From Tubiluchus corallicola (lineage: Eukaryota; Animalia; Priapulida): a stretch of DNA of 64,000 nucleotides. Positions 37,901-49,185 of this stretch are shown here, piece after piece. Position 1 is the stretch's first letter; each line of letters starts with the position of its first letter. Position numbers and translations under genes: made by a program. A model generated the notes under the pieces. It was not told where the DNA came from and did no database searches. It was given only the letters and a program-made list of their open reading frames with translations. The stretch is from positions 62,001-126,000 of the forward strand of contig JAQGDQ010000190.1 of NCBI GenBank assembly GCA_030141605.1. Reading direction: 5' to 3'.

Positions 37901-40900
37901 GTCAACTGCTACATTATTTTAGAAAGAAACTTTATTCTTATGATCTTGTTTTGATAAGTCATACTTTTACACAAGATTAGCTTATAACACAGCTGAACTA
38001 AACAAGAAACAACAAGTCTCATTGAATAACACATCACACCATCATGAAGGTCTGAAACGTCTGCAAATAATTAATTCAATAAATTTTATTTTAACTATGC
38101 AGCAAGTATCTGAATCATTTTGCAAGTGCTGTATTTTGAAATTTGCGCATTGCTTTAAGATTATATTCAAATCTGACAAGTTACGCACATGCCATGCCAG
38201 TATAACTATGTCGAATGTCCAGTCTCCAGACACTACAGCATGTTAGAATAATAAGCTGCTTTCATTGTGCCATGCAGACTACTTAACTTTGCATATTACT
38301 CTATCATGCAACATCAATGAGTATGCAGCTGTCCAATGTACAGATCGTAACATGCAAAATATCTGCATTAAGGGGCCATCCACATATAATGATATCAAGT
38401 TTAGGGTAGGTAGCTAGGTAGAAGGTAGGAAGGATAGTGCCATCATAATGCAAGGTAGGTAGGTGATTTCTCACGATAACGTTATCTGATCACGCTTTTT
38501 CCACACGTGCGTGCCAGTAGCAGACGACACTACATTTTTCACTGATCCCAGCAGGCTGTCATTTTTGTCAATTTCTCAATGAAATCTCGATTCAATGTTT
38601 GTTTGTGATAAACTTCCTCAATCACCACCACAGCTAAAAGCAACACATTATAACTTTCTCCAGAATTGTGAATTTGACACTATCAAGTACAAAAAGCTAC
38701 ATTGGTATGTCGATATCAATACAAGAGGTAGGTAGGTAGACGGGACGTATGATAACGCGATGTCGGAAGGTACTCGAAATGGCTGAAAACTTGATATTGT
38801 TATTATGTGGATGGCACCTAAATAATCGAATCCCGAATTTCTAACTAATCATTATTTTTAACTCTCGTCTACCAGTTCTGAAGTTAAGAAATATCCAAGT
38901 GTCTTTACAAAAGTGATTTGAAAGTACTAACAAATCTTTCTGTGTTTAACTATTAATGTGTTTACTATAACACGTTTTATATTTTATTGTAAAAAACATT
39001 GTGGTGAATTTGCACATAAATAAGAGTCTAGAGTGTAGCTATGTCAATTGTCCAGTTTCTAAGCACTATACCATGTTACAATAGAGTTGTTTTCATAAAT
39101 GTTGACAATTTTTTATGTATTATTCATTGATTGGAAAGGTTCAATATGTATGATATATGGGCAAAAAATTCTTTGTACGATTTTCTATTCACATAGTTTG
39201 GCACAATGCAGATCAGGATCATGTTACTTAGCATTATGCTTATCCGTTTAAATGACATATGTAACTGAAGAAGAAATTTCTTACCAATTTAAAATCCCAG
39301 TGCCCACTGGTAAAACGTTACTGACACACTATTCCAGTGTGCACTAGAAAAGATACTGGCTCACAAAAAATATTATTAATGTTATCAGCAAGATAATGTA
39401 ATCTATATTGTTGCTCAGTTAGTGAAGTGTACACTGCGAATCACCTGATTATTTTTTGAACTTTATGCAATGTCATTTAAACTTGTTTCAAACAATTTAC
39501 TGTTAAAATAGCTGCACCTAACAGTCATCATGGGAATTAAATATTCAAGTTTTATGCAGCTTTGCTACTAATACAAGTTCTGTGTGCAATAAGACAACAT
39601 GTAGGTGATACAAAATCTTAAGACAAATTATTTTAGCTTTCGTACAATAATTTAGTTTTCTTGCGTTTTTAAGTATAGTCCTCTGAGATGGTAAACTAAA
39701 CTACTATAGGCACATTTGGATAAATAAATCCTTCCTCAACAACGGAGATAGTCTAGGCAATCTGGCAAATAAAACTGCTTAGAAATGTTCACAGCAAACG
39801 CTCATATAAACTTGCTACAAAAGCACTAACATAAGGCGACACTCAAAAACTTGTATGTTACTATTATTTAGTAATGTTTTCTAACTTCTGCTTTTGTTAC
39901 TACGTTACTGTTTTTTTCAGTGGCCCAAAAGACTAATAGACTAATTCTTGGACAGAGGTGGGACATACTGAATACTAGTTGGAAGAACAAACCCTATTTA
40001 AAGCAAGAGTCATATGCAGAAAGGACCGCAGAGGATGTGATGGCTCTGGGCTTCCAATCACAGTGAAAAAAATTAGTTTTTGATATTGTCTCTGTTAACT
40101 AAATTGTACAAGTGCCCTAGAGTCCCACAAGCTGGTGGAAATGTGGATCTGTGTTTTGGTAAGCGAGACCAGAATTGAAAATCTGTTAACATCAAATACT
40201 GTGCATAATGCTGATTAATATCAACTAAAGTAGCGGTGCAATACTTGCTTTAAATTTCGAAGTGTCGGGAAATGAACTTAATAAATAAATGGGGCTGATT
40301 TATATTTAATTTGAATATATTTCATGTTTAATCTGTTTTTACACATTTAAATGTTTTCCTTGCTAATATTTCTCAGTACTACTTGAGTTGAGTCTTAGGG
40401 TGTCCAATTAAGGAGTTGGAACCGGACATCACCAAACCTCTCCACACAACTGATGGCATGACTATTAAATTTTCAAGCATGATTAGAATTTTTTATTTTC
40501 GTTAACTCATCATGATCTCTGATTAACACCTCGCATTATAACTTCACAACACACTACTCGTACACCAGCATTAACGTGTAATATTATGTGGTGCATGTCA
40601 GTTGCCAATGTTTGAATTTAGTACTGTATTTAATTTCGAAGTACTGCCATTTTACACACACGTGTAGTTTATTTCACTTGCAAAGGCCGAGACAAGTTTG
40701 GCACTTCAATAATCATTCAAGAAACTTTTGCTTTTGGACAATTATCAAACTGCCAACATCAAACGAGGTGTATCTTGCAAATAACTTTTTGCATTGTTTA
40801 TTTTTATTTTGAGCTCGTTTTGCTATGTCCTTTTTATATTCATTTTTATTTGACTAATCTGTAAAAAGAATGACATATAGACATTTTTACTGTTTTACCA

Positions 40901-43900
40901 TGCACACAACACAATAACTAATACTGTATCATGAAAACACAGAGTTACCTAAGCTCATCTTAACACTTACTTAAAGTAAGCTTATTGAGAATCAATATTT
41001 GCCTCTTTGGCAAACAGAATCCTTTATTATGAATTGTATTCAACATGCATTATAGTGAACTTTGGTGGTGTAAAAGGAACTTTATGTTCCACAGCAAAGT
41101 TTATGCAACACAATATCAGGAAAAACATTTTTCACTAAACAAACATTGCAAAATAAACAACGTCAATGTTTAACAGGTGTGTTACTATGTGCAGAAGATT
41201 TGGAATACTAGCACTTCAAATCACATGTAAATTTTGTGCACAACTTGTTGCATAAATATATTTTATTAAACAATATCACAGGATTGTAAACAAAAAATAT
41301 AATAATTAAAATCCAGGGGCAAAAATGAGAAAACCTTCAGGTCGAAGATATTTTATTTTTACTGAAGGCATTCTCACTACAGCTAAACATCAACTTTTTG
41401 TGCTGCGACTTGTTGTTATTGTTTTTACTGCTACTGTTGTCATTGCTATTAGTTTTGTAATGCCACAGCTATTGTTGTAGTTGTCCTTTTAGGCAATGCT
41501 ACTGTCATTGTAGGGTTGAAGTTTTTACTGCTGTTGCTACTGTCATTGTTTTAATTAAATGTGCAGTCTAAGCGCTACATTTTCATTTCATGTTTTGTTT
41601 GCAATACAAATGACAGAAAAAATAGTTAGTTTTTAATTCCATCTAAAACTGTTATAAATTTGAGAAGCTTCCTTTGAGTAGCAATCTTGCTTTACAGTTA
41701 CAGATTAATTTTATGTCTTGTAAAAGAAATACAAATTGGGATTAAGAAACAGCTCAGGAAATGAACGACTTGTATCAAACTAGACAGAGTGAATCCACAT
41801 TGGTGTAGCCAACTTTTTGTATTATTTTCAATGCAGAAAGCTACAAACAGTGATGGATGGGGTACTTGAGCGACGTGAAAGCTGATATTCTTGTGTATAT
41901 TTTATGATTATTTTTACACTGATGTGAAAAAAACTTGAACTTACAAATTTCAAAGATGTCATGTAAGTACTAATTATTATAGTTGATGTAATAACTGCAT
42001 ATAAAAATATGGCAATTGTTAGCCAGCAATAAAAGACAAGGCCAAATGTTGACAGAGAATGCTGAAGTGGCCCTATTACAGGGTCTAATGCAACCAACCT
42101 TAGTGAACGTACAGCTTCTTTATGAGCTTGGAACATCTTAACGTTATTCATATTTGTTTGCCAGTACTTTACAAAACCGCCATGATCGGCTGTAATCATC
42201 CACATGTCATTGTGAGACCAGACCATAGCTCGTACCGATGCATCGTGTGCCTGAAACACGATAAAGCAATCATTTTTACAATGTGAACGTATTATTATGA
42301 TTTACCAGATTGGTAGATTAGTAGGGTCGCATGCGAAGGATGAAAAATCTCTTTTTTCGTAACAGATTGTAATCAAATTTTACAGCATGAGCTAGAAAAT
42401 ATTCTGGATCAAATGAAGAATGTTGATTTTTTGATACGCAATCACAATTCCAAGATGAAAGCAGCCATTTCTGGTTGAAAGAGACTTAGGGCAACACCAC
42501 TGTGAAACGATTCGCCGGGTGTTTTACAAACTGGTATGAGAACATACTGTGATTTGACAGACAAAGCCTGCATTTAAGCAACTTCAGCAGCCTAACATTA
42601 GCAGAATCTTCGTACTCGTAACATTTCTGACACAATACACTTCTTTTGGAACCAAACAAAAACCTCGGACTATTTTTGAAATAAGCTTACAAATACGTTT
42701 TAGAAATGCGGGTTTCTCATGACCTACGATTCAGAATTTAATACTATCTGTAATACAAGATTTTTGGTGCTTCAAATGGAACATTATACACTCGAAAGCC
42801 TATAAACTAGTACTGTACATTAAAACCTTGTTGCAGGTTAAAATGTACGCAGAAATAGTGAAGTGAATGTTAGGAGCAAATTGAGCTTAAAAGAAGTTTC
42901 CTGAACTAAGTAAAGACTCTAAGTATGTGATGGTCCTCTGAATATAGCTTGACCTTCTGAATGTAGTGGATTCTAACTGGACCAGTCCAATATTAAACCA
43001 TTAGCCAATCGGGCATATTTTCTTGGTCGGCTATGCTACAATTGCTATTCAAATTCTTGCTAAATCTGACACAATATTAAAAAGTACTAAAACAATATCA
43101 CAAAATTTGAGCTAGAATATGACACTATCCAGTACAACAAAAATATCAAAAAGATAACAGTTCAATATCCCTAACAAATAACAAATGTATACAAACCTGT
43201 AGAATGGTTTCAAAATTGAAAGTGATTCCGTTCCATAGAGTAAATTCCCCACTTGAGGCACCAGTTATAAGTCTCCTTCCTTCTGGAGTAAACTGAAGTG
43301 AAATACTGAAGTAAATCAGCAAGAAACTTCAGTATGCATCAAGTTGATAAATAAAACCAAATGGTGCTAAATCAAGTGCAACATAATTACAAACTAAATC
43401 TAACGGTAAGCGATATCTAAAAATAAGTAAAATCACCTAAAAACAGCAAAATAAATTTTCTGTCATTTGTACCAAATTAGAATCGTTACTTTTCATAACT
43501 GTACAGCCTTGCAATCAACATTCTAAACTTTTATCGCTAACCTAGCCAAACTCCAAATTTAGTTATCTTTCATACAAAATTTTTCTTCATGTAATTAAAT
43601 TAGTTTTAAAAATGTAAAAGTTGAGCAAATTCTGAAAGGCCAACACATCTTATATATTCAAGACCATGTCTGCCCTATCCCCTTACATAAAATAACCAAT
43701 TTAGGGTAATGCATTAAATCTTTATTACTCTGTATCCTTGTCAGCTTCAAATATTTGCTGTTAAGGAGGAGATAATGCTATGTTTTAAAAAAATTGACAT
43801 TTGACTAAAACTTGAACAACCTTCGCAAACCACCATTTCTTTGCTGCAGATAAAAACCACTTGTTATTTCTGTTTAGTATGAATATTTTTTCACTTACTG

Positions 43901-46399
43901 CTACACAAAAGATTGGACACGGCTGCTTATTCATTGATGTCCTGACATTCTTTGAAGGAACACCTTGAACTGGATACTCAACATGCATTGCTGGGAACAT
44001 TACCTAACAAGTATAAAACTATAATTATTCAGAAGCTAGTTAACAAACACGGTGAAAGAAGTGCTATATGTACTAACTTCTATTATTTGAACAAAAGATA
44101 ACATGTACAATGCAGGAAATGTAATTTGCACATTTCAAACCTGGCACAATCAATCACTTCTTAAAATCACATGTACTTTTATTCATTTATGCTTTTTCGT
44201 TCATTTTTCGTCACGTTTACAATAGCTTGGTAAAGCAAAACTGCCAGGTTCTTAATCACCGAAAACTGATCACTTTTGTGCAGAATTTAGTTAAGAAAAA
44301 ACAAAAGTGATTATCCATCAAAAAAATTTAAGCAAACTATGATCATGTTTAATTTTTAAGCTTGAATTTGAACTTATACTTATAGCTTAACTTTAACGTA
44401 AAGCAAGCAAGGCTAGCAAATGCAATACTGACATCATAAACATTATCACATGACAATAAAATTTAAAAAATTCGGGAGCAAAAAATCTTCAATAAAAGAT
44501 TCCATGGTTAATCCTAAGTTCACATCTTTATTCCCAAATCCAGATGGCAAAAAAGTCTGAAACCACTGTAAAATCTTTGTCACAGTAATTACATTTTACA
44601 GAGCCCTTCTGCGGATTTAGCAAGAAGAAAAGAAGCAGCAGCATTAATTACCTTTGCATTGTAAGAAAAATCAGGTTGAACAAATCTAAAATCTCTGTGG
44701 TCTCTCTGCCAAATTCGGTTCTGCAACAAATAACATGACCATTAATCACTATCAAGTCTAATATATGTACAATTTAACCAACTCTGTTACAAATCCGATA
44801 CTCTTTTTTAAAAGTAAGTCTACAGCAAGAGGAACACACTACATTGTGTTTTTCCTCAACACACTGAGCAGCTGTTGCTTTTTCACTTATAGTAGAGAAA
44901 TTGTGCCAAACATTAGCCATTCCCACAGATTTAAAGTCACACATCTGCAAAGAGAGAACACTAGGCTTGAGCAAATCATGAGGCAAACAATGGGTGCCAT
45001 GCTCTAATACAAAATCTATGGTCTCTGCATGTAAACAATGTTCACCATGTCGCACAATACAAAAACTGCATTCAATCGTATGGCAAAAACAACCCTTGAG
45101 TAACTCACTTTTGAAGTATTATAGCAATCTCTCTCTGCATAAGCATGATATTTAAATTTATGGCAGTTGCTCACTGGCACTGATTTTCAACGATCAGTCA
45201 CATAAGCTATGCAACCATACTCTAAGCTACTATGAAGATAGCAATGGAACAATTCACTAGCAATGATGTGCTTAACTATGTAAAAAAATAATTAAAGACA
45301 ATTCTCAGCATCCATTTTTTGCATTATTTGATCATTTTAATCAATTTTCATCCATTCCATTAGCTTCTCATTCCTCTCGCACTTCATTTGTTAAGTTGGT
45401 CAAATGTTTAGAGAAGGTACAGTTACAGTTCTTGCTAGTGGTATTATCTTCACAGAAATGCCCCTACATGTAAATTGCAGCTAATCTGATGCGTATTATA
45501 AGTGTTTAAATTTGTCACATGTGGTAGCAACTGTGGCCCTATTGTGGATCTTCGGTAAAGATCCACTCAAATAGTATAATTCAACTTGTCGTCCCACAAA
45601 TTTTAATTTGGTAATCAGAGGTCTGCTGTAGCAAAAGCAAACGGCCATTTTACTTCTTTGTCATGTTATTTGAGACCCCATATTTTTTTGTGCCTTGTCA
45701 AAATTTTTTGTCTATACAAAGTTACACCACAATCACATAGCATGCAAAGCTAGGCTCCACTATGTCACGTGTCAACTTGAAACCAATAAAAATAGATAAT
45801 GACAGAACCTTCATTTTTCAGACCAAGTCGCTTATACAATCTCATGATTTCAGAGATATAATGCAAAATGAAAGTGTGCAGACATAACGAAGAAATAATA
45901 AACTCTCAGATCGTTTCTTAATACTAGAGACAATTAACGTATCATTACTCATCAACAAAGTGCGCAACAGATATATGTACAATTACGAAGTACTTGTACA
46001 TATAAATATAAAAGCTAACCAATGCTGTATAACATATAGATGTATAACCAATGATGTGTAACGGGATGTTTAGACAACACAAACGTATCGTAGGAAACTG
46101 AAAATCTAGTAACACTTCGTGCAGATCATTTACGTATTCAAAGTTACCTCTAAAGTACAAATAACTGAAGAATAATAATCAACAGTTCTGCGCATGTGCA
46201 TAGCTCGGCGAGCTCGAGTACCAGTTAAGTTTCCAACAGATGGCTGTTGTGTAGAAGCCAATGCTGATGGATTTCGAAATTGATATCCAAAGTTCTGTTG
46301 CACAAAAATTCCTCGTCCTCGCTGTCCATATGGATATCTTGGTGGATGGAAATATCTTTGCTGCGGTTGTACCACCACACCTCCTTCCATTTTATTCAT
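25971..46399 (-). CDS. WDR33: WDR33 (Pfs2/FY), AAUAAA-binding subunit of CPSF/mPSF, about 722 aa
   Basis: Coding exons 46399-46148, 44720-44652, 44003-43899, 43292-43197, 42250-42099, 35698-35601, 32067-31941, 31248-31097, 30337-30259, 29998-29888, 28961-28858, 28687-28616, 28418-28236, 27055-26933, 26416-25971 (2169 nt, in frame). Motifs: [88 protein letters not shown]; RG-rich C-terminus. Probable 5'UTR donor near 46650; AATAAA at 25108-25103. Confidence 0.96.
26466..26653. mobile_element. Short pogo/Tigger-type MITE, copy 2
   Basis: TA|CAGTAAAACCAC...GAGGTTTGGCTG|TA; same family and orientation as 24795-24986. Confidence 0.82.
32510..33240. mobile_element. GC-richer interspersed repeat with TGACCT/AGGTCA motifs (possibly Helitron/Helentron-derived)
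   Basis: Abrupt rise in GC content; TGACCTCTGG, AGGTCAAAGGTCA (32820-32832) and TGACCTCTGACCT motifs; ends not resolved. Confidence 0.4.
36830..37245 (+). repeat. Minisatellite, unit about 41 bp, about 10 copies
   Basis: Consensus GCTGGATACATCCCTGCTTGTTTCAGTACTTCACTATTCAA tandemly repeated in WDR33 intron 6. Confidence 0.95.
38372..38818. mobile_element. PIF/Harbinger (Tourist-like) MITE (447 bp)
   Basis: TIRs GGGGCCATCCACATA / TATGTGGATGGCACC, TAA TSD on both sides, internal (GGTA)n. Confidence 0.88.
41828..42098 (-). CDS. Candidate intron-6 read-through terminal extension of WDR33 (89 aa, transmembrane-like)
   Basis: The exon 6 frame stays open past the donor AG|GTTGGT to TGA at 41830-41828; includes the uncharged stretch [31 protein letters not shown]. 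Confidence 0.45.
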
Positions 46400-47476
46400 G
46401 GAAATCGACAGTTTCCTAAAAATGCAAAATAAATTTAATTTTCTAAACTACGCACAGTTTCTAACATTAAGACATATGAAAAAAAAATTTAAAATTCACG
46501 TTTCAAAAAAGCTCCCATTCTTAACCGGCAAATTACAGAAAACTCGTTGGTTAATGGCTTGGAACTTTATAATCTCATAAATTTTGCAAAATCCAAAATT
46601 TAATAGCAGCCAAGAAAAAATCATATAAATGCAAATGTTCAGAACTTACCACAAAAGCAGTGTTCCTTTATCAATTATGTAATAACAGCAAGCAACTTTC
46701 TGTTACAGTGTCCCATGCTCATATAAGTTACACTTTATAGATTTTTTAGTCTCACTACTACTAGACTGCTAATGACCATACATTTAAAGCAGCTGAAATG
46801 CGAATCAACATACAAAATGAAATATGAAAATACACTCCTCCTATCTATATTTTTAGTCATATCATTTAGTTGTCGTTTTTCAGTGTTTACGCGGGTTGCT
46901 TATTTTTCATGACTTATAGACGCCAAATGTTTCCACTACAAACTATAACGACATTGCACCTCCACGTCCTCCAGGGGTTCGGCACCTGCAGTCTGCACGA
47001 TTAACTGTGTTCAACAATCAAGGAATGAGTGAATGATTCCGTAAACACTAACTTCGCCCCACCGCGCTGTTCACTAAATTCAAGCTCACAACACTCATGA
47101 ATCTCAATACATTTCTAAAGCTTTGAGGTAATGATAATAATATGATCACTTATCAATTAGCGAAAAACTGCATTTAGAGAAAATTCACAACATTTAATGA
47201 GATCTGTATTTTGCAAAACTTTCGTATTCGTGGTTTAAGAACCGTAACAACCAAACATGGCCGCATCATTTAGAAACATACAAAAGTTGGCCGCTAGTTC
47301 TTAGTCCAATTTTAATTAAACTTAACGTTGTTTATTTATTCATGGTGCTAATTCCTTAATCCTTGTGGTAATGAAGCGAGGTATTCAGATATACTTGATT
47401 TTGCATTCGAGTGTCACTTAAACTATTTCAAAAACGTATTGATAAAACCTAGTGTGTATGATCGGCTTTGTAAGTT

Positions 47477-48470
47477 ATTCAATTCAATTTAATTTATTGC
47501 GCAAATATGCAATTAACATTACATACACGGCAAGTTCATCAAGAAAATTATATAAAGGTAGAACTACAGATTACTATTATACATAAAAACACAACGTACT
47601 GCTACTTAGTTATACACTAACTATTATGAGATACAGATCGACAATTACAATTATGTTATTAATCAAACCGATTGAGATTTTGGCTGCCCACTGATACTTG
47701 CTAGAAGTAATAGATACTATTAATGACTATAGATTGCAAAGCTTTATACTAATTACTATAGTTATGACTATTATTAACGGGATACACATTTATTAGTTCA
47801 ATATGCAGCACCAACTTAACTGTGAATTTGCTTTTATGATCACATTCGACACAATAAGATTAGAGTTACTGGACATACTTTGTAAAAAAGTTTATCACAA
47901 AATGTGGAACCTAATCTAGCTGAAATATATATATATATATATATATATAAACACACATATAATTATAACAATGCACAAATATATTCTGTTACAATTTGTT
48001 TGCATAGCCAGCATTCTCTCATTATTGTTTTTGCACTATTATTTGGATTTTAGACAATTTTTCCAGCATGCACTCCATAAATTTTCCAAAGGTATTTAGA
48101 ACAATTTTACTCTAGAATAGGGAGAAAGATGATTTTTTTAAAAGTGTTAAATTGTAGAGTCGGTCTTCATATTTTTCTCTTATTGCTTCATAGATTGAAC
48201 AAGTCAATATAAAATGTAATTCATCTTCAATTGTGTTTTGCTTGCTGCTTTCGTTGTTTTTACAAAGTATACACAATCTTTCATTTGCTGATTGGCGTTT
48301 GTAGTTTGAACTCAATTTGTAGTTCATGATCACTCACTCTGAATTGCATGATGTTTTGTCTATGTTGTTTGTTCCTTGCTATTTCTAGGTATGACTCTAA
48401 ACTATATCTGCTTTTTAAGTTTCTGTAAAACCTTAACTTATTCTTCCTGCCCCCTCTTCTTGTCATCATT
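47477..48470 (-). mobile_element. Non-LTR retrotransposon 3' fragment (frameshifted ORF2 C-terminus with CCHC finger, plus tail)
   Basis: Overlapping ORFs KLRFYRNLK...ESYLE...QFRVSDHELQIE and ERLCILC...IEDELHFILTCSIYEAIR; ends in an AATAAATTAAATTGAATTGAAT tail at about 47498-47477. Confidence 0.85.
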
Positions 48471-49185
48471 GTATATTTCTATGTAAAATAGTAACTTTTC
48501 ACACCTTTTTCTAGAATTATTGTAAAATTGTTAACTTTTATGTTCACTGATAAACTGTCATTTATATAAAGGTTTTTGAAATACTTGGTGTCTTCAAAGC
48601 GTTCCCATTTGTAACAAAAGTTGTGTGACGACCGAAAGTTTTAACCTTATAGGTGTTTAAATATTGTGTCTCTTAGTTTCAAAGAGATTGTTATGCCATA
48701 CTCGAGTCATTTTTGTAGCTAGAAGAACTGCTGGAATTTCAGGATGATTCACTCTATAAGGCACTACTGATTAATTATAGCTTTAGTCATTGTACGATGC
48801 TTGCCAGGCTTTTAATGCTCGTATTATTATGAAGTGTAAAACATGCTCGATTTGGCAAACAAACATATTTTTAATTTAGTGTAGCCTTTAACACTATAAT
48901 CACATATAATCACTTGAAAATTTACAGAACTACATTTTATTTTAATGTTCAATACATACACAGCAGTAAATTTTCCTGCCTCTTTACTGTAAAAATAAAT
49001 ATACTAAGTATAAAATGCAAGCAGTAATAAAAAATATACAGCAAATGCACTAAGTAAAAATACATTTGTGAGTTGCTCTAAAATAAAACTACAATTATTT
49101 AAACACTAATAACAGAAATTAATCAATCATACGCACAGCCCATTTGATACACAGTTTTTAGTTTAGTAATGCTTAACTATTATTA

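Noticed and set aside
23629-49185. Operon or trans-spliced polycistron of Pygo-WDR33-Mi-2
   Set aside because: Intergenic gaps exceed 1 kb and each downstream gene has its own promoter-like CpG patch; no evidence for spliced-leader acceptors.
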